Shown piece by piece: positions 1 through 7,587 of a stretch of DNA of 64,000 nucleotides (position 1 is its first letter; each line of letters opens with the position of its first letter). Source of the stretch: Spirochaetia bacterium (GTDB taxonomy: Bacteria; Spirochaetota; Spirochaetia; SZUA-6; Bin103); contig CBDATQ010000002.1 in assembly GCA_965199955.1 (NCBI GenBank), positions 1,216,001-1,280,000 on the forward strand, read 5' to 3'. Made by a program: the position numbers and the translations under genes. The notes under the pieces were generated by a model. That model was not told where the DNA came from. It worked only from the letters and a program-made list of their open reading frames with translations, and searched no databases.

Positions 1-2
1 AC

Positions 3-287
3 ATCGGCTTTCCCGCGGCCTACGCGCTGGCGGCTGCGCTCGTGGTGGTCACCAACGGAGCGTACGCCCAGTCGCTGCTCGCGCCGCGCCGCGCCGCGCT
101 GCTGGCCGGCGTACTCTGTGTCCTGTATGCCGGCATCTACGTGCTGCTGCAGCTCGACGACCACGCCCTGCTGGCCGGGGCCGGCGCGCTTTTTCTCATC
201 CTGGCCGCGATCATGTACGCTACGCGCGCCGTGGACTGGCATGCCACCGGCTCGAAGCCGGAACGGGCAGGAGGAGGAACGAGATGA
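3..287 (+). CDS. creD: Inner membrane CreD-family protein, C-terminal part (5' end outside window)
   Basis: Open frame from the window edge; IGFPAAY...LYAGIYVLLQLDDHALLAGAGALFLILAAIMYATRAVDW matches the CreD C-terminal pattern. Confidence 0.75.
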   Translation: MGFPAAYALAAALVVVTNGAYAQSLLAPRRAALLAGVLCVLYAGIYVLLQLDDHALLAGAGALFLILAAIMYATRAVDWHATGSKPERAGGGTR

Positions 288-1003
288 AGACCGCGCAGCA
301 GGCGCGCAGCGAGGGGCGGGGCCCCGCGATCTGGCTGGCCGGCGACCCGGCCGACCTCGGCGAGTGGATGGAGCGCGGCGCGGCCGGGATCGTCACCAAC
401 ACCGTCGTGCAGAACCAGTTGGTCAAGAAGTACGGGACGCTCAAGGAAGTCACCCAGCGCTACCTGGACATGACCGACAAGCCGGTCGTGGTGGAGATCG
501 ACGGCCACAGCACGGCCGAGCTGATCGACGTCGGGCACGCCTTCACGGTCATGTCGGACCAGATCATCATCAAGGTACCGTGTACCTCCCAGGGCCTCGG
601 CGCCTTCCGGGCGTTTGCGGCCGAGGGGGTGGAGACCTTCTGCACGACGGTGTTCTCGCTCACGCAGGCGGCGGCGGTCGCGCAGGCGGGCGCCACGCAC
701 GTGCTGCCGTTCTGCGAACCGGTCAAGCAGCTCAACGACGATCCGGCCCGGCTGGTGCGCGAGTGCCGGTGCATGTTCGACGGCTGGGCGCAGCGTCCCT
801 TCGTCACCGCGGCGCTGGTGCGGTCGCTGGACGTGGCCTACGCGGCGCTGCGCGCGGGAGCGGACGGCATCATCATCTTCTGGACCACGCTCAAGGAGAT
901 GATGGACCACCCGCTCACCACCGAGTGGAACAAGACCTTCCTCGACGAATGGAACGCCATGCACGCCGACGGCAAGCTCGACGGCGTGCCGGTGGCCGAC
1001 TGA
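284..1003 (+). CDS. Transaldolase / fructose-6-phosphate aldolase family protein (divergent)
   Basis: GIVTNT, Schiff-base Lys in IIIKVP, VFSLTQAAAVAQAGA, C-terminal HPLT; GGAGG RBS; ATGA overlap with creD. Confidence 0.8.
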   Translation: MKTAQQARSEGRGPAIWLAGDPADLGEWMERGAAGIVTNTVVQNQLVKKYGTLKEVTQRYLDMTDKPVVVEIDGHSTAELIDVGHAFTVMSDQIIIKVPCTSQGLGAFRAFAAEGVETFCTTVFSLTQAAAVAQAGATHVLPFCEPVKQLNDDPARLVRECRCMFDGWAQRPFVTAALVRSLDVAYAALRAGADGIIIFWTTLKEMMDHPLTTEWNKTFLDEWNAMHADGKLDGVPVAD

Positions 1004-1010
1004 GGCATCC

Positions 1011-1364
1011 GTGGCGAGCCGGTTCGACACCGGCGTGCTGGATCGGACGCTGGTGCGCAAGCGACAGGAACGAGAGCGAGTGCGCCGTGCGGTGCAGGCG
1101 CGCGCGCTCCATCTGCTCGATGAGTCACCGGTCGCCGTGGGTGAGGCGATCCTGTTCGGGTCCGTGATGCGGCCCGGACAGTTCGACGCCGAATCCGATG
1201 TCGATGTCGCCATTCCTGCGGTCGCCCCGAGGGCCTACTTCACGCTCATGGGCCACCTCGAGGACGGGCTCGGGCGTGACGTCGACCTGGTCACGATCGA
1301 CACCTACCATTTCGCCGATGCAATACGGCGAACCGGACTGCGATGGACCGGGACTCGCACTTGA
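1011..1364 (+). CDS. Minimal nucleotidyltransferase (MNT/MntA-like antitoxin)
   Basis: LFGS...ESDVDVAI...GRDVDLV motifs in a 117-aa protein. Confidence 0.85.
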   Translation: MASRFDTGVLDRTLVRKRQERERVRRAVQARALHLLDESPVAVGEAILFGSVMRPGQFDAESDVDVAIPAVAPRAYFTLMGHLEDGLGRDVDLVTIDTYHFADAIRRTGLRWTGTRT

Positions 1365-1416
1365 CGCTGGCCTCTTGGAAGCGTTTCTGACCGAGCTGGA
1401 TCCGGGAAGCGCGTGA
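1343..1416 (+). pseudogene. Possible collapsed HEPN toxin relic downstream of the MNT gene
   Basis: ATG at 1343 overlaps the MNT 3' end where a HEPN partner normally starts but closes after 15 codons; another frame ends LLEAFLTELDPGSA*. Confidence 0.3.
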
Positions 1417-2717
1417 TGCACGACGGGACGCTGTACGACCGGCTCGATGCCACCTCGCAGGCGTGCATCGATGGGGTCACTTCGCGCTACCGCTGCACGG
1501 TGCAGGAGGTACGGGAGATCTGCGAAGCGGCCCGAGACCTGACCATGTGGGGCGAGCCCGGGCTCGGCTCGTGGTGGGCCGATGCCGAGTCGGCGGTCCC
1601 CCCGCGGCTGAACCCGCGCGAGCGCAAGAAGCGGCTGGTCACCGCGCTCCGGCAGCATCTGCAGCGGCTGCGGTCCGAGCCGACCCGCTACGATCGCCCC
1701 GCGGCGAAGCCCGAGCGGCCGCTGGCGAAGCCCGAGCGGGAACTGGCGAAGCCCCAACGGGCACCGCTGCGGTTCGTCGACGCGCCCGCGGAGACATCGG
1801 TGTTCGGCGACTGCCCGGTGCGCTCCGACCGCACCCTGTGCTGCAACCTGAAGACGATCGACGCGGTGCAGAACTGCTCGTTCGGCTGCAGCTACTGCAC
1901 GATCCAGACCTTCTACGGCGACCGGGTGACCGTGGACCGCGACCTGGGCCGCAAGCTGCGCGAGATCGATCTGGACGACCGGCGCTTCTACCACATCGGC
2001 ACCGGCCAATCCTCGGACTCTCTGGTGTGGGGCAACCGCGCCGGCATGCTGGACGAGCTGTGCCGCTTCGCCGCCGAGCATCCCAACGTGCTGTTGGAGC
2101 TCAAGACCAAGTCGGCCAACGTCAGCTACTTCCTGGAACGACAGGTGCCGGCGAACCTGGTGTGCAGTTGGTCGCTGAACACCGCGGCCGTGATCGAGCA
2201 CGAGGAGCACTTCACCGCTTCGCTGGAGCGCCGCCTGGCCGCCGCGCGCCGCTTCGCCGACGGCGGCCGCCGGGTGGCGTTCCACTTCCATCCGATGGTC
2301 CACCACGACGGCTGGGACACCGAGTATCCGGCGCTCGCGGAACGGCTGCTGGACGAGTTCGCGCCGGAGGAGGTCGCCTTCGTGTCCATGGGGTCGGTGA
2401 CCTTCATCAAGCCGGTGATGAAGCAGATCCGCCGGCGCGGGGAGCCGACGCGCATTCTGCAGGCCGAGCTGGTCGCCGACCCGCACGGCAAGCTCACCTA
2501 TCCGGACGAGCTCAAGGTGCGCATGTTCCGCACGATGTACCGGGCGCTCGCGCCGTGGCACGGCCGCGTGTTCCTGTACCTGTGCATGGAGAAGGCGACG
2601 ATCTGGGACCAGGCGTTCGGGTGGCGCTACGCGTCCAACGATGAGTTCGAGCGCGCGTTCGGTGCGGCGACCCTGGGATGGCCGCCCGGAGCGGCCGGCG
2701 AACGGCAGAGCGCTTGA
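1416..2717 (+). CDS. Spore photoproduct lyase (SplB)-like radical SAM protein
   Basis: CxxxCxxC (CSFGCSYC), HIGTGQSSDSL, LELKTKS, CSWSLN, ASLERRLAAARR, FHFHP, YLCME. Confidence 0.85.
   Translation: MHDGTLYDRLDATSQACIDGVTSRYRCTVQEVREICEAARDLTMWGEPGLGSWWADAESAVPPRLNPRERKKRLVTALRQHLQRLRSEPTRYDRPAAKPERPLAKPERELAKPQRAPLRFVDAPAETSVFGDCPVRSDRTLCCNLKTIDAVQNCSFGCSYCTIQTFYGDRVTVDRDLGRKLREIDLDDRRFYHIGTGQSSDSLVWGNRAGMLDELCRFAAEHPNVLLELKTKSANVSYFLERQVPANLVCSWSLNTAAVIEHEEHFTASLERRLAAARRFADGGRRVAFHFHPMVHHDGWDTEYPALAERLLDEFAPEEVAFVSMGSVTFIKPVMKQIRRRGEPTRILQAELVADPHGKLTYPDELKVRMFRTMYRALAPWHGRVFLYLCMEKATIWDQAFGWRYASNDEFERAFGAATLGWPPGAAGERQSA
1703..1765 (+). repeat. 21-bp in-frame tandem repeat x3 (AKPERPL/AKPEREL/AKPQRAP)
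   Basis: GGCGAAGCCCGAGCGGCCGCT / GGCGAAGCCCGAGCGGGAACT / GGCGAAGCCCCAACGGGCACC. Confidence 0.85.
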
Positions 2718-2743
2718 GAGGCGTTCCCGCGCCCGTGAGCCGG

Positions 2744-3766
2744 ATGCTCTCATGGCGGAAGGAGCCGGGCGTGCGCGTCGCCGGCAGCCGCGGGCTTGAC
2801 CGGTTCAAGGTGCAGGCGCCGGGCGGCGTGGCTCAGCCGGACGGCGGCTGCCGGCTGTTCTACACCGCGGTCGGGCCGGACAAGCCGTTCGCCGACTGTC
2901 AGGGCTGCATCCTCAGCGCCGTCTCCGCCGACGGCCTGACGTTCGCGGTGGAGCCGGGCATCCGCGTGGCGCCCGATCCCGTCCGGCCGGAGCTGTCGCT
3001 GCGCGTGCTGGCGCCCAGCGTCACGCCGATCGCCGGCGGTTGGCGCATGTACTTCGAGGGCCGCGGGCCGGCCGATCGGCCGACGGTAATCGCCAGCGCC
3101 GTGTCGGACGACCTGCTGCGATGGCAGGTCGAGCCGGGCGTGCGGGTTGCCGGCTCCGAACGCTGTGGTGCGCCGCGCTTCCTGCCGCTGGGCGGCCCAT
3201 CGTGCGGAGAGGGCGCGGGCCGGCTGTTCCATTTCCGCGCCGACGACGGACCGCCACCGCGGAGCGCCGTCTACTCGGCGGTCACCGAGGACGGGCTGTC
3301 GTTCAGGGGGGAAAGAGGGGTGCGCATGTCGAGCCGTACCGGTGAGCTGGACTCCTCCGGCATCACGGCGGCGGAGGTGATCCCTCCTGCGGAACCCGGT
3401 GCGCCCTGGGTGATGATCTACTCGGCGTGGCAGGACGTGCCTCCGGGCACCGAGGTGCCGCTGCACCCCAGCCGCGACCCCGACGCCGTCGCCAGCGGAC
3501 GCAGCGCCGACTTCGCCACCGCGTCGATCGCCATCGATCTGTGCGGCTACCGATCGCGCATCATGGCGGCGACCTCGTCGGATGGAGTCCACTTCGGTCC
3601 CGGCCGCGTGGTCGTCGAAGGCGGCGGGTACGACAGTGAGGACATCGATGCCGTGCACGCGGAGGACATGACGCTGGTGCGGCTCTCCGACGGGCGCTAC
3701 CGGATGTACTACGCGTCGTGCGACACCGCCGGCAACTGGCAGATCGCGAGCGCGATCAGCGCCTGA
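2744..3766 (+). CDS. Beta-propeller glycoside hydrolase-like protein (start uncertain: 2714, 2735 or 2744)
   Basis: Repeated blades SAVSADGLTF..EPGIRV, SAVSDDLLRW..EPGVRV, SAVTEDGLSF, ATSSDGVHF, and RMYF/RMYY motifs. Confidence 0.65.
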   Translation: MLSWRKEPGVRVAGSRGLDRFKVQAPGGVAQPDGGCRLFYTAVGPDKPFADCQGCILSAVSADGLTFAVEPGIRVAPDPVRPELSLRVLAPSVTPIAGGWRMYFEGRGPADRPTVIASAVSDDLLRWQVEPGVRVAGSERCGAPRFLPLGGPSCGEGAGRLFHFRADDGPPPRSAVYSAVTEDGLSFRGERGVRMSSRTGELDSSGITAAEVIPPAEPGAPWVMIYSAWQDVPPGTEVPLHPSRDPDAVASGRSADFATASIAIDLCGYRSRIMAATSSDGVHFGPGRVVVEGGGYDSEDIDAVHAEDMTLVRLSDGRYRMYYASCDTAGNWQIASAISA

Positions 3767-3817
3767 GACGAGCGGCGCCGGAAGGACTCGGGCCGCAATG
3801 CCTACCAGCCGCAACTC

Positions 3818-4966
3818 CTACCAGTTGGTGAACGACCCGTCGGGCCGGCGCAGGTGCGGGGCCTCCCAGAGCTTCAGCGGAGTCTTGGCGGCGGGCGCCT
3901 CCGGGTCGAACTCGACGCCGAGGCCCGGCCCCTCCGGCACCGCGTAGGTCACGCCGTCCAGCACCGGCATTACCGGGAACATCTCCCGGTCGAACAGGGC
4001 GATCTTCTCGGGGCTACGCTCCTCCAGCCACGCGTACTGCGCGGTCGCGGCTGCCAGGTGCAGGTTGGCCGCGGTGCTCACCGGGCCCAGCGGGTTGTGC
4101 GGCATCAGGTCGATGTAGTGCGCCTCGCACCAGCCGACGACCTTCATCGCCTCGGTGAAGCCGCCGACGTTGCAGATGTCCAGCCGCGCGAACGCCGGGA
4201 TTCCCGCTTCCAGGTACGGCAGGAACTGCCACTTGCTGGCGAACTCCTCGCCGATCGCCATCGGCACCTGCGTCATGCGCTGCAGCGCCTCGTACGCGCC
4301 GGGCGTCTCGTCCCGGATCGGTTCCTCCAGAAAGTCGATCGTGCCCGGTGGCATGGCCTGGCAGAAGCTCGCCGCCTCCGCGACCGAGAGGCGGTGGTGG
4401 TAGTCGATGCCGAGTGCGGCGCGGCGGCCGATCGCCTGCCGCGCGGCGATCAGGGTGTCGGCGGCCGCGCCGATCGACGGCCGCGGATCGAAGATCCCTG
4501 CCGTGTCGTCCACGGGTACCGGCAGCCGGACGCAGGGCCAGCCGGCATCGACCAGCCGCACCACGTCGGCCACCGCGTCTTCGCCGAAGCCGTGCGTCGT
4601 GGTCGCGAAGCACGGGACGCGGTCGCGGTGCGTGCCGCCCAGGAGCTGGTACACCGGCACGCCCAGGGAGCGGGCGACCAGGTCGTGCAGGGCGATGTCG
4701 ATCGCCGACAGCGCTGCGGTGAGCACCCGCCCGCCCTCGAAGTACTGACTCCGGTAGACCTCCTGCCAGATGGCTCCGATGCGCCGAGGGTCGCGGCCGA
4801 CCAGGAACTCGCTGAAGTGGCTGACCGCCCCTCGGACGGCGAGTTCACGGCCGGTCACGCCCGACTCGCCGAGCCCCACGTGGCCGTCGCTCGATTCGAT
4901 CCTGACGATACAGAGGTTGCGGATGCCGCCGGGGACAATATGGGTCTCGATGCGCGCGATCTTCAT
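3818..4966 (-). CDS. Mandelate racemase/muconate lactonizing family enzyme (galactonate dehydratase-like)
   Basis: ALSAIDIALHDL, LGVPVYQLLGG, IDYHHR, FLEEP, AIGEE, MPHNPLGP, PGLGVEFD; GGAGG RBS. Confidence 0.9.
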   Translation of the reverse strand: MKIARIETHIVPGGIRNLCIVRIESSDGHVGLGESGVTGRELAVRGAVSHFSEFLVGRDPRRIGAIWQEVYRSQYFEGGRVLTAALSAIDIALHDLVARSLGVPVYQLLGGTHRDRVPCFATTTHGFGEDAVADVVRLVDAGWPCVRLPVPVDDTAGIFDPRPSIGAAADTLIAARQAIGRRAALGIDYHHRLSVAEAASFCQAMPPGTIDFLEEPIRDETPGAYEALQRMTQVPMAIGEEFASKWQFLPYLEAGIPAFARLDICNVGGFTEAMKVVGWCEAHYIDLMPHNPLGPVSTAANLHLAAATAQYAWLEERSPEKIALFDREMFPVMPVLDGVTYAVPEGPGLGVEFDPEAPAAKTPLKLWEAPHLRRPDGSFTNW

Positions 4967-5020
4967 GTCGTCAGTGTCCTCCGGTGCGTGCCGGCGGGCA
5001 AGGGCTGCAGTCCGACAGCG

Positions 5021-5037
5021 TCGATGATTGCAGTTAT
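5021..5037 (+). repeat. Left end: 5-bp direct repeat TCGAT plus 12-bp inverted repeat arm
   Basis: TCGAT-GATTGCAGTTAT. Confidence 0.75.
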
Positions 5038-5501
5038 CGCCGCTGTCGCTGCTGCTGCTCTGCGTGGTGCTAGTGATGGCGCTCGCGCTGGTGTTCGCCC
5101 CTGATGCCTACGCTAGCGGCGGAAGCGAAGACGACGAGGACGACGAGCCGGCATCGGAGCCCAAGCCAGAGACGTACAGGGCTAGGATTCGCTGTGGAAG
5201 TGCCTACATCGTTGGCACAGGAACGACGTATAGTGACGCGAAGAAAGATGCCGAGGCAGAGTGTGCTGCACGAGCGGAAGCGCGACGACGCGAACAAGAA
5301 GAACGGCGACGGCAATGGGAAGCTGACAATCCGCTGTGCGGGTACTACAACGAACGGAACGATGTGGTAGTCTTGGGTCGAATGAGCGAGGATCGTTGCG
5401 ATCGCAGGATCGAAGGCATCATAGAGCGGCAACGTCTGCTCGGCATCTATCGACATGGCTCGATCCGAGCGATCAAACAATGGTCGGGGATAGATATTTG
5501 A
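5028..5501 (+). CDS. Hypothetical secreted protein (element cargo; start uncertain)
   Basis: Hydrophobic N-terminus ending AYA|SGGSE, acidic linker, charged helix, four Cys in the mature part; visibly more AT-rich than neighbouring genes. Confidence 0.55.
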   Translation: MQLSPLSLLLLCVVLVMALALVFAPDAYASGGSEDDEDDEPASEPKPETYRARIRCGSAYIVGTGTTYSDAKKDAEAECAARAEARRREQEERRRQWEADNPLCGYYNERNDVVVLGRMSEDRCDRRIEGIIERQRLLGIYRHGSIRAIKQWSGIDI

Positions 5502-5807
5502 TACACAAGAGAATATGGCGGCATGTATGCCGGATCATGACCTCGCTGAAGCGGAGATGGAAGGCGACTGACGATCCTTACAGCAGGTATGGGAGGACAC
5601 CTGACCGAACCAACTTGAGCAGCTACACCGGAGAGATGTGACCGCTCTTCCCATCCGCTTGCGAGCGTCGTCAACGGTAGTCAAGGCCCCGCGACGCGGG
5701 AGTTGAAGCGAGGCCGACTCGGTTGGGGTGACCGGTGATAGGACTGATCACTCCGGCCGGTCTGGCGGTTGCCCGGAGTCGACGTACGACGATGGGCCAT
5801 TCAGACC

Positions 5808-6151
5808 CCGAGCGCGACACGGGCACGGATCTGGGAGTGCTCAACTGCCTGCCGGACGCCGGACGGGTTGGCGTGAGCGGGTCGACGTGACGGCCTGCTG
5901 CCGAGGCGGGCGAGTGGATCGACCGGTCGTGGCCGATCGTGTTCCGGTTCAAGGGGCCGACGCTACCCATGGCTGGACGGACGGCGACACGGTCAGATCC
6001 GCTCGCGACCGGCGCGCCGATGCTCGGCCGGAGCTTCGAGTGTCGCGCGCCGAGGGACGGTATTCAGCCTCCGGCGCGGATACCAACGTGACAACTGGAG
6101 GGACCGGCCGGCACCAATCTGCGGCGACGAGACGCCGCTGCCCCCGGTCTG
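5808..6151 (+). pseudogene. Decayed homolog of the mgdB 3' end / mgdC 5' end
   Basis: Colinear similarity to 9054-9396, including identical GGCGAGTGGATCGACCGGTCG (5909-5929 = 9151-9171) and GACGAGACGCCGCTG (6126-6140 = 9370-9384); multiple indels. Confidence 0.85.
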
Positions 6152-6189
6152 CGATCGTTCCACCTCCGCTGTCGTCTGGCGGTGCAGGG

Positions 6190-7323
6190 CTACAAGAATT
6201 TGGCGACCGCACCGCGTTCGGCGGTTGCACCGGCCGAATAGTGCGTGACCATGCGGGCCGTCTTCCAACCGCCGGCGAGCATCGTCTCGGTGACCGAAGC
6301 CCCCCGACGGGTGAGCTCCGAGGCGAGGCCGACCCGCCCCGAGTGACCGGTGACCCGACCTTCCACGCCCGCGGCCCGGGCAGCAGCGGCGAATCGACGC
6401 GCGATCGACGCCCCGTTGAGTCCTCCGAGCACCGGTCTAGTAGCCATGTCCGGTGAAGCCGGCCGGAGTTCCAGGACGGCGCGGGCGGCTCCTTCCTTGA
6501 GATACCGCACGTCGGCAGCAGTGCCTTCCTGATCGGTCTTGGAGCGGCCGATGCGGACCAGTACCCCTGTGCCGTCGGTGGCGAGCTCAACGTCACGCCA
6601 CGTGAGGGCGGCAGCTTCGCTTCTTCGTAGTCCACCTTGGAAGAGGAGCGCGGCGATCGCGCGATCGACGAGACCGCGGGCTTCGGCAGCCCCACCGGAC
6701 TCGACGCCTCGACCGGTTTTCCTGGGGTTGCACGCCGTGGCGAGTATCGCGGCGAAATCGTCCGCAGTGATCGCTTTCGCTTGGCCGGGGCCGCGACCAG
6801 CCGCTTGGCGGCGGAGCCCCGTGAGCGCACGGCGAACCACCTCGTGCGCCGTGGGGTCGGGTTCTCCGGCGTCCCGGTGGACCGCGCCGATGGCGGCGCG
6901 CGCGGCATTCAGCATTGCGGCGGAGGCGCCCTGCTCAGCCCGAGCGGCAAGATACGCAGCGACGGCTTCGGGCGCGGCAGGAAGGGCCGCGTGCGCCTTT
7001 GCAACGGCCCACTTGGTCCACGCGGACCATCCATAGTGATACTGCCGGCGAGTGCTGTCGGAGCGGCTTGCATCGATCGCCGCCACCACGCGGTCGTCGT
7101 CGCGATTTGTGGCGGAGTCGACGGGCCGTGTCGCCGCGAGGGGCGGCAGGAACGGATCCAACGCCGGAGCAAGGTCTCTGGCGTTGTGGTGCCCTGGATA
7201 AAGCGAGATCAGTGCCACCCACGCAACGGCACAGAAAACCCACACGGCGAACGAGAACGCCGATGCGAAAGCGTCCCACGCATCTCCATGCGCGGCAAGA
7301 AGAGATGGAATACAAGCTGCCAT
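6190..7323 (-). CDS. Cre-like tyrosine recombinase/integrase (start uncertain; could be 7161 or 7089)
   Basis: Core-binding region STRRQYHYGWSAWTKWA...PEAVAAYLA; catalytic R (GLRRSE), K (RSKTDQ), HxxR (GHSGR), W (GGWKT), Y (VTHYS). Confidence 0.92.
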   Translation of the reverse strand: MAACIPSLLAAHGDAWDAFASAFSFAVWVFCAVAWVALISLYPGHHNARDLAPALDPFLPPLAATRPVDSATNRDDDRVVAAIDASRSDSTRRQYHYGWSAWTKWAVAKAHAALPAAPEAVAAYLAARAEQGASAAMLNAARAAIGAVHRDAGEPDPTAHEVVRRALTGLRRQAAGRGPGQAKAITADDFAAILATACNPRKTGRGVESGGAAEARGLVDRAIAALLFQGGLRRSEAAALTWRDVELATDGTGVLVRIGRSKTDQEGTAADVRYLKEGAARAVLELRPASPDMATRPVLGGLNGASIARRFAAAARAAGVEGRVTGHSGRVGLASELTRRGASVTETMLAGGWKTARMVTHYSAGATAERGAVAKFL

Positions 7324-7385
7324 TCCAACATAGGCGAGCGCCGTATCCGATTGGTCAACCCCGACGGAACCTCCATACAGGGATC

Positions 7386-7402
7386 ATAACTGCAATCTCG
7401 AT
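7386..7402 (+). repeat. Right end: 12-bp inverted repeat arm plus 5-bp direct repeat TCGAT
   Basis: ATAACTGCAATC-TCGAT, followed by a second TCGAT at 7403-7407. Confidence 0.75.
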
Positions 7403-7464
7403 TCGATCATCTTGCGATCCCTCCATGGGTCTGTGCGGTCAGGGCAACCCAGTCACATCTCAGG

Positions 7465-7540
7465 TAACATATCAGAGGGCGGGGGGCCGGCGCAACCCGC
7501 AGCGGTCGGGCAACCCGGTCGGGATGTCGGCTCCCCGCCC
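7465..7540 (+). promoter_or_regulatory. Candidate -10 box and structured 5' leader of the mgd operon
   Basis: TAACAT at 7465-7470; 15-bp stem 7477-7491/7526-7540 (two G-U pairs) enclosing a CGGGCAACCCG hairpin. Confidence 0.4.
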
Positions 7541-7587
7541 ATGGCTTGCCGAACACGCTCGGTATGGCGCACCTTCGGATGCGAACC

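Larger units (their letters stand above)
5026..7397. mobile_element. Putative tyrosine-recombinase integrative/transposable mini-element with lox-like ends
   Basis: Perfect 12-bp inverted repeats GATTGCAGTTAT (5026-5037) and ATAACTGCAATC (7386-7397); TCGAT direct repeats at 5021-5025 and 7398-7402; encloses a Cre-like recombinase; sits between two divergent host genes. Confidence 0.75.

Noticed and set aside
5515..7323. ATGGCGGCATGTATGCC at 5515 resembles the reverse complement of the recombinase start (14 of 17)
   Set aside because: Short and imperfect; such a match is expected by chance over a region this size.
7330..7480. Glycine riboswitch-like fragments (CCGACGGA; CTCAGGTAAC...CAGAG) upstream of mgdA
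   Set aside because: The conserved GGAGA and CCGAAG cores are not properly present and part of the region lies inside the recombinase element; a cmscan with the glycine model would settle it.
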